64,000 nucleotides of DNA. Source: an uncultured delta proteobacterium. GTDB taxonomy: Bacteria > Myxococcota > B64-G9. Shown here one piece after another: positions 28,093-38,552 of the stretch; the first letter of the stretch is position 1, and every line of letters begins with the position of its first letter. The notes beneath the pieces are model-generated. The model was not told where the DNA came from. It saw only the letters and a list, made by a program, of their open reading frames with translations, and made no database searches. Made by a program: the position numbers and the translations under genes. The stretch spans positions 224,001 through 288,000 of the forward strand of contig CAVWHX010000004.1 in NCBI GenBank assembly GCA_963754925.1. Reading direction: 5' to 3'.

Positions 28093-31000
28093 ATGGCAGA
28101 GGAAGCGCTAACGTTGTTCTCGGCCTCGGATTTGAGACCCGGGCAACACCTGTGTTGGTTGTACGAGTCGGACGACGAATGCCGAATCGTGCTGGCTGCC
28201 TTTGCTCGCCATGGGTTGGCGCGTAATGAGAAGATCGTCTACATCGTCGATTCTCGTAGCGAAGAGGAAATCGGGCGAGTATTACGCGCCGAGGGCTTGG
28301 ACATCGAGCGCGCGTTTGATCGCGGACAGATCGATAGTTACTCGAGTGTCGACACTTTTCTTGCAGGAGGCGCCGCCGATCCAGCGCGCACGCTCGCACT
28401 CATTAGCGAGGAAAATCGACGGGCGCAGGTGGCGGGCTTTACGGCTTTGCGCATCTGTAGCGAGATGACCTGGCTGTTGCGCGAGCTGCCCGGGGTTACG
28501 CGCTGGTTGGAGTACGAAATTCGATTGCATGAGTTGGCCCGAGATGAAAAATTTCTTGCCATATGCCAGTACGATCTTCGCCGTTTTTCCTCAAAACAGT
28601 TGATCGAGGTGATCCGCAATCACCCGGTGGCCATGCTTGGCAAAACCCTCTATGAAAACTTCTACCATGTGCCGGCATACGGCGAACACCAACAGAATAT
28701 CGAGACCCTGACCCTTAATCATTGGATTGGCAACCTGGCCGAGCGTAAACAGTCCGAGCAAGAGTTAGCTCTGCGCAACCGCGAGCTGCTGACCCTCCAA
28801 CGGATATCCGAGATCGGCCTGCATACTCAATCAGTGTACGATGCCTTCCGAGAGATAGTTAAGGAAATCTCGTCGGCCACCGGATTTCCGATGGTGACCA
28901 TCGAGTCATTGGATGTCACCCGCGGCCTGATGGTGGTCGAGGGTGCGTATGGCCTCACCGGCGACGCCGGCGAGTACCACCGAGAGGTGCCTCTGACGAA
29001 AACCCTCTCCGGGCACGTGGTGGCCACGGGCCGCCCCCTGGTCGAGGCCCCCGGTGACGAGGGCAAGGAATACATCACCGATTACCTGCGCCAACGGGGA
29101 ATGCAAACCTTTATTTGTGTCCCGATGATTGTCAGCCAGCAAGCCATTGGCGCCCTCAGTCTCGGCCACCACAAGACCGTCTCCTGCGACAACCGTTTCG
29201 TTCAATGGGTGGCGAGTCTTGCCAACCACGTAGCGTTTCTCGTGGCCCGCAAACGGGCCGAGGAGGCTTTGCGAATAAGTGAAGACCGCTATCGAACGCT
29301 GGTCGAAACCTCGCCTGATGGTATTGTGTTGATTGATTTGAAGGGCAATTTCCTCGCGACCAACCATCAGTCGCTTAAACAGACCGGCTACAACAATCTC
29401 GAAGAATTTCAGGCAAGTGGGAAGAAGCCCCCCGAATTGTTTGTCGAGGAAGATCGAGAACAGGTCAACGCTGCTACCAGGCGGGCGTATCGACAAGGAT
29501 TCAGCGGGGCCAATGAGTTCCGACTGCTACGCAGGGACGGAACCATCCTGCCGGTGGAGGTAAGCACCTCGATAGTTCTCGATGCAAATAATAAACCGAA
29601 TGGTTATATCTGCGTAACGCGCGATATCACCGAGCGCAAACGCACCGAGGAGGCGCTGCGCCAGAGCGAAGAGCTCTATCGGCTGATCACCACCCACATG
29701 AGCGATGGGGTCCACCTTTTGGACTTATCCTTTCGGCCAACCTATGTCAGCCCGTCGGTCCTCCGTTTACGCGGATTCTCGTCCGATGAGATGTTCGCCT
29801 TACCGTTAGAAAAGCAGATGCCGCGACCTTCGTTGGATGCTTTTCTCAAGGTTGCCAATGATATGCTCAGCCCCCAAAACGCTGCCAATCACGAGCACGA
29901 CCTGTCGCCCACCATGGAGCTTGAGTTTTATCGCAGCGACGGTTCCACCATGTGGAGCGAGGTACACCTCGATCTGATCCGCGACGCCCGCGGGAGCCCG
30001 ATCGCTCTCTTGCTGGTTGACCGGGACATCAGCGAGCGCCGCGTGGCAGAGCACGAGAGAGACAACCTAGAAGAGCAACTCCGTCACTCCCAAAAATTAG
30101 ATGCGATTGGCCGGCTGGCAAGCGGGGTAGCGCACGACTTCAACAACATCTTGACCGGCATTCTCGGCTATTCTGAGTTGATTATCTCGACCCTGGGATC
30201 CGACCACCCCCTGGCGGAAGACACCCTGGAAATTCGGCGGGCCGCCGAGCGGGCCACGTCATTGACCCATCAACTGCTCGCCTTCAGCCGCAAGCAGCCA
30301 ATATCCCCCGACCTGCTCGACCTCAACCTGCTCGTCCAAAACTCCGAGAAGATGCTGACCCGCATCTTGGGCGAGGACCTTGATATTAAATTCTTCCCCG
30401 GCGAAGCGCTCGGGCTCGTTCGGGCCGACCCACACCAGATCGAGCAAATCCTCATCAATGTATCGGTCAACGCACGAGAGGCCATGCCCAATGGCGGCAA
30501 AATTACCATCGAGACCAACAATGTCTATTTCGACAAAGAGTATTGCCGCCGTCATCCGGATGCGACATCCGGTGACTACATCATGTTGGCCATTAGCGAT
30601 TCCGGTTGCGGGATGAGCAGTACCGTCAAGGAACACCTCTTTGAGCCGTTCTTCACCACCAAGCCAAACGGCAAGGGAACCGGCTTGGGGCTTTCCACGG
30701 TCTACGGAATTGTGAAGCAGAATAATGGCATTATCCAAGTGTATTCCGAAGTCGACGTCGGCACGACCTTTAAGATTTATTTCCCGCGCGCCATATCCGA
30801 TGGAAAGGAGGCGCCGGCGCCTCAACCAGAAAAGCAGCTGCGCGGCACTGAAACCGTTTTGGTTGTCGAAGACAATTTTCTGGTGCGCAAACTGGCGGTG
30901 CGTATCCTCAGTAACAATGGGTATCGCGTGCTCGAAGCCGTCAACAGCTTGCAGGCCTTGACGTTGAGCGATCAGTATCCTGAGCCTATTAACGTGCTCC

Positions 31001-31236
31001 TGTCGGACGTCATCATGCCTCACATGAACGGCCGCGAGTTGTATATCACGCTCCAGCAGAAACGCCCAGACATGCGGGTGCTGTTCATGTCGGGCTACAC
31101 CGATAATGTCGTCGCACACCACGGTCTCCTGGACGACCATGCCCCCTTCATTCCCAAACCGTTCAGTCCCTATTCCCTGACGGCGAAGGTGCGCGAGGTG
31201 CTCGACAAGGTCCAGGATACGACCCAGGAGCATTAA
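28093..31236 (+). CDS. Hybrid sensor histidine kinase MEDS-GAF-PAS-PAS-HisKA-HATPase-REC
   Basis: GQHLCWLY/LRICSEMTW/AICQYD/HP (MEDS); GVAHDFNN H-box; FEPFFTTK, GTGLGL; receiver VVED...SDVIMP; no TM segments. Confidence 0.9.
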   Translation: MAEEALTLFSASDLRPGQHLCWLYESDDECRIVLAAFARHGLARNEKIVYIVDSRSEEEIGRVLRAEGLDIERAFDRGQIDSYSSVDTFLAGGAADPARTLALISEENRRAQVAGFTALRICSEMTWLLRELPGVTRWLEYEIRLHELARDEKFLAICQYDLRRFSSKQLIEVIRNHPVAMLGKTLYENFYHVPAYGEHQQNIETLTLNHWIGNLAERKQSEQELALRNRELLTLQRISEIGLHTQSVYDAFREIVKEISSATGFPMVTIESLDVTRGLMVVEGAYGLTGDAGEYHREVPLTKTLSGHVVATGRPLVEAPGDEGKEYITDYLRQRGMQTFICVPMIVSQQAIGALSLGHHKTVSCDNRFVQWVASLANHVAFLVARKRAEEALRISEDRYRTLVETSPDGIVLIDLKGNFLATNHQSLKQTGYNNLEEFQASGKKPPELFVEEDREQVNAATRRAYRQGFSGANEFRLLRRDGTILPVEVSTSIVLDANNKPNGYICVTRDITERKRTEEALRQSEELYRLITTHMSDGVHLLDLSFRPTYVSPSVLRLRGFSSDEMFALPLEKQMPRPSLDAFLKVANDMLSPQNAANHEHDLSPTMELEFYRSDGSTMWSEVHLDLIRDARGSPIALLLVDRDISERRVAEHERDNLEEQLRHSQKLDAIGRLASGVAHDFNNILTGILGYSELIISTLGSDHPLAEDTLEIRRAAERATSLTHQLLAFSRKQPISPDLLDLNLLVQNSEKMLTRILGEDLDIKFFPGEALGLVRADPHQIEQILINVSVNAREAMPNGGKITIETNNVYFDKEYCRRHPDATSGDYIMLAISDSGCGMSSTVKEHLFEPFFTTKPNGKGTGLGLSTVYGIVKQNNGIIQVYSEVDVGTTFKIYFPRAISDGKEAPAPQPEKQLRGTETVLVVEDNFLVRKLAVRILSNNGYRVLEAVNSLQALTLSDQYPEPINVLLSDVIMPHMNGRELYITLQQKRPDMRVLFMSGYTDNVVAHHGLLDDHAPFIPKPFSPYSLTAKVREVLDKVQDTTQEH

Positions 31237-31297
31237 GTTTTCTGACGAGATACGATGTTGGTAGGTACATCACCTCACGTACCGACGGTAAGCGCTC

Positions 31298-32398
31298 CTA
31301 GGATGCTTGGTCGTCGAGGTAGCGCACCACCCGTTGAAAGTTCTCCTCACCATGGCGCGCCAAGGTTTGGTAGCTTTCTTCAACATCAATATCGATCGCC
31401 GGGCCCAGCCGTGGGTTAACATTCAAGCGCACCGGGGTGTCGGTGAGCAGACTCAATATGAATTCTATATCGTGCTGGCCAATCAACATTCGAAACGGTC
31501 TCGACAACGAGCGAGAGATTCGATAGGTCGAGCGCGCCAAGGTCAAGGCCAGTATGGCGGTGACCAGGCCAATCAGTCCGCGAACGAAACGTATAGGCCG
31601 GCGAACTTTTCGAGAGTGACGGAGAATGCTCCGGCCAATCGCCCACCAGTTTTGCCAACTGACCCCCCCCTCGCTGGTGAGCAAATTGCGGTGGTTGTAT
31701 AGATCCTTCAGGCTTTCGTAGAGCATCGGATCGGCGCGCAGCGGCCGGACTAAAAAGAGGTTGTTGATGCGCACCGCGTGCTCACGCAAGAGGAGCGCAC
31801 CGAGCTTCAACGTCTCCAGGGCTCCAAACGCGCGCATATCCGAATGCAGCCGCTCAAGGCTTCCATGATCGACGAGACCAAAGGTCAGGGTCACGTCGGC
31901 TTCAGCCTCTGCGAGAAACGAATCGACGTCCGTTGCCCTGATAAACGGTAAATCCGAGCACATAAAGAGCGACGACACCGCAGCGGCCTCCGGGTGGCGT
32001 TTCTGGTAATCGCTCATGATAGCGTAATCAAATTGAGGGCTTTCCACCGCGGGAAGGCCATGTGCCGGTAACAGATGGAGAAAAAAAGCTCTATAGCAGT
32101 TGTCGAGTATGTCGCTGCCTTCTTGAACAACCTGCAAACGATCACGAGCTATAGCGCGAAGCGGCTCAAGCGCCCGAGTGAGAAGCTCAAAGTCGCCAAC
32201 GACGAACACCTGCCCAACCCGCTTCGACTCCAGTACCGCTCGCACCGCCCGCAATACGAGCGGCTCACCCCCGAGCGTCAGGTAGGGTTTACCAATGACT
32301 CGCCCGTTGATCTCGAACGGTCGCGCCCCGTGGGTGCCTGCCAAAACAATCGCGTCGATCGGCGATACGAGTTTAGATTGTGCCGTAGGCTCTGGCAT
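31298..32398 (-). CDS. MobA-like nucleotidyltransferase family protein
   Basis: DAIVLAG, KPYL.LGG.PL, CSDLPF, DID motifs. Confidence 0.7.
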   Translation of the reverse strand: MPEPTAQSKLVSPIDAIVLAGTHGARPFEINGRVIGKPYLTLGGEPLVLRAVRAVLESKRVGQVFVVGDFELLTRALEPLRAIARDRLQVVQEGSDILDNCYRAFFLHLLPAHGLPAVESPQFDYAIMSDYQKRHPEAAAVSSLFMCSDLPFIRATDVDSFLAEAEADVTLTFGLVDHGSLERLHSDMRAFGALETLKLGALLLREHAVRINNLFLVRPLRADPMLYESLKDLYNHRNLLTSEGGVSWQNWWAIGRSILRHSRKVRRPIRFVRGLIGLVTAILALTLARSTYRISRSLSRPFRMLIGQHDIEFILSLLTDTPVRLNVNPRLGPAIDIDVEESYQTLARHGEENFQRVVRYLDDQAS

Positions 32399-32556
32399 GC
32401 CGTTCCTTCCAAAGCCGCCGTAGCAAATACTTCCAATTGCACACTTGTACCAAACATCGACTAGGACAGCAAGGACCTCGTGGGTATCTTCCTGACATAT
32501 CTATGACAATTAGTCGGAAGCGTTCGGGATAATCAACCTCGTTTTGGAGAATTGAA

Positions 32557-33582
32557 ATGAACAATCGCGAACGCTTCGTCGCCGCCTGTAACAATCAACC
32601 GGTGGACCGACCCCCGGTCTGGCTCATGCGCCAGGCAGGCCGTTATCTCCCCGAATATAAGGAAATAAGAAACCGGTACAGTTTTTGGGAGATGTTGACT
32701 TCTCCCGATTTAGTTGTAGAAATTACCCTCCAACCTATCCGCCGTTTTGGCATGGATGCCGCCATATTATTTAGCGACATCCTGATCGTGCTCGAAGCCC
32801 TGGGTCTTGCCGTTGACTACCAATCCGGCGGTCCAACGGTTAACCCAAAAATAAAACCACAGGGTGATCTGAAGCACGTGCGCCACAAAGCACCGGCATC
32901 ACATTTTGCGTATATCAAGGAGTCATTGTTGCGTCTCACCGAAACGTTGCACCCCGGGACCGCGATCATTGGATTTACTGGGGCACCTTTTACCCTGGCC
33001 GCTTATTGCGTCGAAGAAGGTCCCAGCCATCAGATCGGTCAAACAAAAGCTCTGGCCGCCGATAACCACTTGCTGTATGAAGGACTTCTCGATCGGATCA
33101 CCGATCAGCTCATCGACCTACTGGTCCTACAAATCGAAACAGGGGTTGATGCCGTCCAGATTTTTGACACCTGGTCTGAGAAACTTTCCGCTCAGGAATA
33201 TCGCGAACTGGCACTCCCTTACACGCAAAGAATTATTGAGCGCCTCCGCACGTTCGGCCTTCCGGTCATTCTCTACATTCGCAATGCCGCGATTCACCTG
33301 GAAGCCGCCGCCTCTTCCGGTTGTACGGTGGTATCTATCGATTCTTCGCTATCGCTGTCCGAGGCGCGCAAGCGCCTCGGCGCTGGCGTTCCCCTTCAAG
33401 GGAATTTAAATCCATCCGTCCTTGCCTGCCCTGATGGAGAGATCCGCAAACAAGTTCACGCAATGATAGCCGCAACCGGGGGAGTCGGACACATCGTCAA
33501 CCTGGGACAGGGGTTAGGGCCTGATAATCCCCTGCACGGAGTAGCCACGTTTGTTCAAGCAGTAAAGGAATGGAGAGCGTGA
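32557..33582 (+). CDS. hemE: Uroporphyrinogen decarboxylase
   Basis: PVWLMRQAGRYLPEY, DAAILFSDIL, QIFDTW, LQGNL. Confidence 0.95.
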   Translation: MNNRERFVAACNNQPVDRPPVWLMRQAGRYLPEYKEIRNRYSFWEMLTSPDLVVEITLQPIRRFGMDAAILFSDILIVLEALGLAVDYQSGGPTVNPKIKPQGDLKHVRHKAPASHFAYIKESLLRLTETLHPGTAIIGFTGAPFTLAAYCVEEGPSHQIGQTKALAADNHLLYEGLLDRITDQLIDLLVLQIETGVDAVQIFDTWSEKLSAQEYRELALPYTQRIIERLRTFGLPVILYIRNAAIHLEAAASSGCTVVSIDSSLSLSEARKRLGAGVPLQGNLNPSVLACPDGEIRKQVHAMIAATGGVGHIVNLGQGLGPDNPLHGVATFVQAVKEWRA

Positions 33583-34962
33583 ACCTACAGGACCCAAGAC
33601 ACATTCCAAAATCCTTGCTGGAAAAGTATGATGTCCGCGGACCGCGCTATACCAGTTATCCGCCGGCCACGCACTTTCATCCCATCGAGCAAGCGGCTCT
33701 GCATAAGCGATGGATCGAGCGCAATCGGCTTACCGCCGATCCGGGGATTTCCCTGTACATCCACATACCGTTTTGCAGAACCCGCTGTTTGTTTTGCGGC
33801 TGCCACACGTTTGTCGGGCGCTCCGATCAAACCGATCCGTATGTCGACGCATTGATCCGAGAAATGAAGATCGCTTCCGCTATCATCGATCCCGCGCGTA
33901 CGATGCGTCAGGTGGCGATCGGTGGTGGAAGCCCGAATTTCCTGGAAGCCAAACAAATTGACCGATTGTTGCAGGTATTGCGTTCGGTATTTTCACTTTC
34001 AGAGGATGCCGAGCTGGCGGTGGAGATCGATCCCCGATCGTCAACTCAAGAAAAGCTTTCCGTTTTTTTACGGCATGGCTTCAACCGTTTTTCTCTCGGT
34101 GTTCAAGATTTCTCTGAAGCGGTATTGAATCGCATCCGCCGCGGGCAGGGGTTGATGCAGGTTGAAGGAAACCGTACGGTTCTTACGGGAACGGGGCTGC
34201 TCCTCAATAAATTTCGATTTGATTTATGGATTGCCGGGTCAAGACCTCACCACCGCTGCCCGGACCGCAGCACAGGTTATCAGCCTCAAACCAACGCGAA
34301 TCGCACTGTACAGTTACGCTCACCTGCCATGGCTTTTTGAACATCAGAAGGCATTGGATTCGGCGGGACTGCCGGATCCTGAACTCAAGAGCGCGCTGTT
34401 TCTTCATCTCATGGATAGATTTATCGACGCTGGGTATGTCGCTATTGGCATGGATCACGTTGCGCTGCCAACCGATCCCCTGGCCGTCGCGTTGTCACGC
34501 GGCACCCTGCGGCGCAACTTTATGGGATACACCACCGGCCGTGGGCTGGACATACTCGGTATCGGGGCATCGGCGATTTCCTCGATCGGCAGCTCCTATT
34601 CTCAAAATGAAAAGGGCCTGGCCGCCTATCAAGAGACCGTCAACCGTGGCAAGCTTCCCCTGGCGCGTGGATTTCTATTGGAACAAGACGACCAGATTCG
34701 ACGAGAATTGATCCTCGCGCTCTTTTGTAATTTTAGGGCTGACCTCAAAGAGCTGTCCCAGCAGTTCGGGCTTGACGTTCGAACCTGTTTGGCGACGGAT
34801 ATTGAAAAACTTTCGCCCTTTATCGCCAATAACCTGGTGATGGTGACGAATGCCACCATTCAGGTGACTGACCTCGGGCGTTTCTTCATTCGCAACCTAT
34901 GCATGGTTTTTGATCGCTACCTGGAAAGCGACGCTGCCACACGATACTCGAGGACGATATGA
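33579..34962 (+). CDS. hemN: Oxygen-independent coproporphyrinogen III oxidase (frameshift near 34165)
   Basis: GPRYTSYP, CxxxCxxC, GGGSP, SLGVQDF, DLIYGLP, IGMDH, RNFMGY, FDRY. Confidence 0.93.
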
Positions 34963-35936
34963 CCGCGGCTGCACCTATCGGCGTCACGCTGTTGAATTTG
35001 GGTGGGCCCGCGGGCGAACGGGAAATACCACTTTTTATGCGCCGGGTGCTTTCCGATCCGGCGATCCTATCGTTGCCCTGGCCCGTCCGGCCGTTGCTTG
35101 CCAGCATGATCGTTTGGCGCCGTCGCGCTGCGGTGGTGGAACACTATCGCGCTATCGGGGGGAAAAGTCCTCTTGCCGACCAAACTCAGGCGCAGGTACA
35201 AGCATTACAGCAGCTCTTGGGAACCGATTATCTGGTGCGCTACGTATTTCGTCACAGCGCTCCGCGAGCCGATGCGGTTCTACGTGAGCTGGCGGCCCTG
35301 GGAATACGGCGGATCGTCGTTCTCCCAGCCTATCCGCAATGGTCAAAATCGACCACCCGATCGGCGATGCTGGATCTGATGGACGCCGCTTCCGAACACC
35401 GCATGGAAGTTCAATCGGTTCATTCGTACCCAACTGCACGGGGATTGATCGAGGCGCTGGCGGAACAGGCCGCTTCCGGTCAGAACGGCGCAACCCACGT
35501 GATCTTTAGCGCTCACGGGCAACTCGTCCGGGATGTTCGCCGCGGGGATCTCTATACCCAGCAGGTGCGAGAAACCGTGGCCGCGCTTGCTTCCCGGCTG
35601 CCGCCCGGCGTGCCCTCTTCGCTCGCGTTCCAAAGTCCTGTCGGCCCCTTGGCATGGACCAAGCCATCGCTCAGTGAAGAAATTCGACGCGTGGGTTCGC
35701 TCGGATGCCGCACACTCGTGGTGGTGCCGGTTTCGTTCACCTGTGAAAATCTCGAAACTCTTTTTGAACTGGACATCGAGATGGCTCGCCTGGCAGCCGC
35801 CCACGGAATCACCTCGTATAAACGGATCCCGACCCCTGGTTGCCATCCGGCGTTTATTCGCACGCTCGCCGAACTGGTGCGCACCGCGGCCGCAGGCGTC
35901 TTTGTTTCCGCTCGGGAGGCGCGCCATGACTGCTGA
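34959..35936 (+). CDS. hemH: Ferrochelatase
   Basis: LLNLGGP, YRAIGGKSPL, YPQWS, FSAHG, FQS..GP..W..P, ETLFELD. Confidence 0.92.
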   Translation: MTAAAPIGVTLLNLGGPAGEREIPLFMRRVLSDPAILSLPWPVRPLLASMIVWRRRAAVVEHYRAIGGKSPLADQTQAQVQALQQLLGTDYLVRYVFRHSAPRADAVLRELAALGIRRIVVLPAYPQWSKSTTRSAMLDLMDAASEHRMEVQSVHSYPTARGLIEALAEQAASGQNGATHVIFSAHGQLVRDVRRGDLYTQQVRETVAALASRLPPGVPSSLAFQSPVGPLAWTKPSLSEEIRRVGSLGCRTLVVVPVSFTCENLETLFELDIEMARLAAAHGITSYKRIPTPGCHPAFIRTLAELVRTAAAGVFVSAREARHDC

Positions 35937-37320
35937 AGTCATCGTGGTGGGAGGCGGCATTGCTGGGCTCTCGTGCGCCTTTCGGCTCCAGCAACGGGGC
36001 GTCAACGTTGAGCTGCTCGAAGCCGCCGAACGGGTAGGCGGCAATGTCGGAACGATCGGCGATGCCGGTTTTCTTCTCGAACGCGGACCACATACCTTCA
36101 TGTCTTCGGCAGATGATGTCTTCGCGTTGGCCCAGGAAACGGGCATCGAGTCAGAAATAGTTGAAAACCGACCGTCCGCGGTAAAGCGCTTCATCGTCCG
36201 TCACGGAAAACTTTGCACCGTTCCCCGTGGGCCATGGTCGTTTCTCACCACCCCGCTCTTGAGCGCACGCGCAAAATGTCGCCTGATGTCCGAACCGTTT
36301 CGCACCCGCCGCCGCGGCGGCCCGCGCGACTCGGCCGCGGAGTTTTTTGCGAGACGCTTCGGCGGGGAGGCGGCGCGTGTCTTGGCTGGGGCTTTTATCT
36401 CCGGTGTGTATGCCGGCGACCCCGAGCGGCTCTCGGCGAAGGCGGCGTTCCCCCTGTTCTGGCGTTTTGAACAAGAGTCGGGCAGCATGATCCGCGGCGC
36501 TCTTCGCTACAAAAAGCAGCGCGCAGCCGAGCGACGGGCGCGCGGTATCGACGTTACCCATCGCCCGCGTGGGCTATGTTCGTTTCGACTCGGCATGGGT
36601 CAGCTCACGTCGGCGCTTGCCGAAAAACTCCAGGGCCGCTGCACGACGGGCACCCCGGTGCGAGCCATTCATCGTGTAGACAACCAGTTCATGATTGCAA
36701 CGGACAACGGGCACCGGCGCGCCCCCATCGTGGTCGTTGCGGTGCCGCCGGGCGATGCCAGCCGTCTCTTTGCTCGTCAGCTTCCGACTCTGGCTGAGCT
36801 GCTCGGCGCGATTCCCATGGCCCCCCTCGCGGTTGCGTATCTCGGCTATCACCAACGCCTTGAACCTATTCCGGATGGGTTTGGGTTTCTGGTGCCGCGG
36901 GGCGAGGGCATCCGCTCTCTCGGCGTTCTTTTTCCGAGTCGATTGTTTGATGGCCGCGCCCCCGAAGGTGGGGATGTACTCACCGGCTATGTTGGCGGTA
37001 TGCTGGATCAAGAGGCAGTGACGCTGGGTGATGAAACGATCGGTGAGATCGTGATCAACGACCTGGCCCGCCTGACGGGCCTTTCCATCAGTCCGTCGTT
37101 CATAAAGATAGTGAGACACCAACAGGCCATTCCGCAATTGACGCACGGTCACCTTGAATGCTTGCAACGTCTTTCGCAGCTATCAAAAGAAGTCCGGGGG
37201 CTTTTTTTCGCGGGCAATTACCTTCATGGCGTGGGCATGAAGGACGCCATCCGCTCGGGATTTGAGGCGGCATCAAACGTATTGCAACATCGTAACGTGG
37301 ACAAAGGTGCACCAGCATGA
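35926..37320 (+). CDS. hemY: FAD-dependent protoporphyrinogen oxidase (HemY type)
   Basis: GGGIAGL, ERGPH, SGVYAGDP..LS, GFGFLVP, AIPQ, AGNY..GVG; GGAGG RBS before ATG 35926. Confidence 0.9.
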   Translation: MTAEVIVVGGGIAGLSCAFRLQQRGVNVELLEAAERVGGNVGTIGDAGFLLERGPHTFMSSADDVFALAQETGIESEIVENRPSAVKRFIVRHGKLCTVPRGPWSFLTTPLLSARAKCRLMSEPFRTRRRGGPRDSAAEFFARRFGGEAARVLAGAFISGVYAGDPERLSAKAAFPLFWRFEQESGSMIRGALRYKKQRAAERRARGIDVTHRPRGLCSFRLGMGQLTSALAEKLQGRCTTGTPVRAIHRVDNQFMIATDNGHRRAPIVVVAVPPGDASRLFARQLPTLAELLGAIPMAPLAVAYLGYHQRLEPIPDGFGFLVPRGEGIRSLGVLFPSRLFDGRAPEGGDVLTGYVGGMLDQEAVTLGDETIGEIVINDLARLTGLSISPSFIKIVRHQQAIPQLTHGHLECLQRLSQLSKEVRGLFFAGNYLHGVGMKDAIRSGFEAASNVLQHRNVDKGAPA

Positions 37321-38552
37321 AACACGCCCCGGTCGATCTTCCCCTGTGTGTCGTGGGCTGCGATTTTCGAAAAGCGTCGTCCAGCGTTCGTTCGAAGCTC
37401 GTTCTTAAGGACGCCGAGGCAACCCAGATTTTTCATGAGCTGAACGGCAACCGAGCGGCGGATGGGTTTGTCGATGTGCACACGTGTAACCGCAACGAAT
37501 GGCTAGTTTCTTCGATCAATCCGCAGTGGGCGGCGCAACTCCTCCGGGCGCAGTTTGTGCAGCGCATCGGTGGTCATGATCAGTCGTGGTTTGCGCCGTA
37601 TGTCTATTTGGGCGAAGAGGCGGCCCGACACATTTTTAGAGTAACCGTCGGTCAGGAATCGCTCGTGATTGGCGAGCGCCAAATCGGCAGTCAGCTGCAG
37701 AAAGCGTTTGAAAAAGCGCGCCAGCGTACCACGTCCTCGCGAGTCCTCAACGGCCTTGGAACCATCGCTGGTCGACTGGCCCGGATGGCGCTGCGGAAGG
37801 GTTATTTGGGTCCTTCCGCCATCGGTATACACAGCCTCGCAGTTTCCTACGTACGACATAAACTCCCAAAAGATCAGGCCGCAACCATCGCCGTGGTCGG
37901 CCTCGGAAGCATTGGCAGGCGCGTGTTAAGTTTTTTGGCCGAGAATCCGTTCTGGACCGTCATCGCCTGCAATCGCACCGTTCCCTCGGGCCGACACGGC
38001 GCTATTCGTCCGCTCTCCAAACTAACCAAGACACTCGGTGAGGTAGATGCGGCAATCGTATGTACCAGCGCCCTTCAGCCGCTGGTGCGCCCGGAGCATT
38101 TTTCAGGGCGTACCACAAAACGTCCGCTTCTGATCTTGGACATCGGCATCCCCGAACAAGTGGTGCGCGCGCCGCTTCCCCCGACTTTCGTCGTGGCGGG
38201 CCTGGACGAACTAACCAACCATTACTATTCGACCTGTAAGAATTCGGCGCTTGCTGCTTCGCAACAGATCGATCACCTCGTGGAACAGGCGCTGGAGACG
38301 TATAAGATGTTTTGCAGCGAGAAACTTTTTGCGGCCATGTTGGAGACCGTTCGGAAACGGCACAAAAAAATAGTCATTGATGAGTTGCCACAACTCTTGG
38401 CCGTGTATCTTGATACGCTTCCCTCGTCGTTGCGCTCGCGCCTGGAACTCGACCTGCGAGCGATGCTGCTCGGGTATACCAAAGAAATGTATCGCGCCAT
38501 TAAACAGACCTCGATACGCTTTCAAAAAGGTGAAGGATGGATGGACGAATAG
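37317..38552 (+). CDS. hemA: Glutamyl-tRNA reductase (divergent C-terminus)
   Basis: TCNRNE, GERQI..Q, VGLGSIG, NRT, DIGIP. Confidence 0.85.
   Translation: MKHAPVDLPLCVVGCDFRKASSSVRSKLVLKDAEATQIFHELNGNRAADGFVDVHTCNRNEWLVSSINPQWAAQLLRAQFVQRIGGHDQSWFAPYVYLGEEAARHIFRVTVGQESLVIGERQIGSQLQKAFEKARQRTTSSRVLNGLGTIAGRLARMALRKGYLGPSAIGIHSLAVSYVRHKLPKDQAATIAVVGLGSIGRRVLSFLAENPFWTVIACNRTVPSGRHGAIRPLSKLTKTLGEVDAAIVCTSALQPLVRPEHFSGRTTKRPLLILDIGIPEQVVRAPLPPTFVVAGLDELTNHYYSTCKNSALAASQQIDHLVEQALETYKMFCSEKLFAAMLETVRKRHKKIVIDELPQLLAVYLDTLPSSLRSRLELDLRAMLLGYTKEMYRAIKQTSIRFQKGEGWMDE

Noticed and set aside
35533..35925. N-terminal extension of HemY
   Set aside because: Lies within hemH in another frame; RBS and FAD motif indicate start 35926
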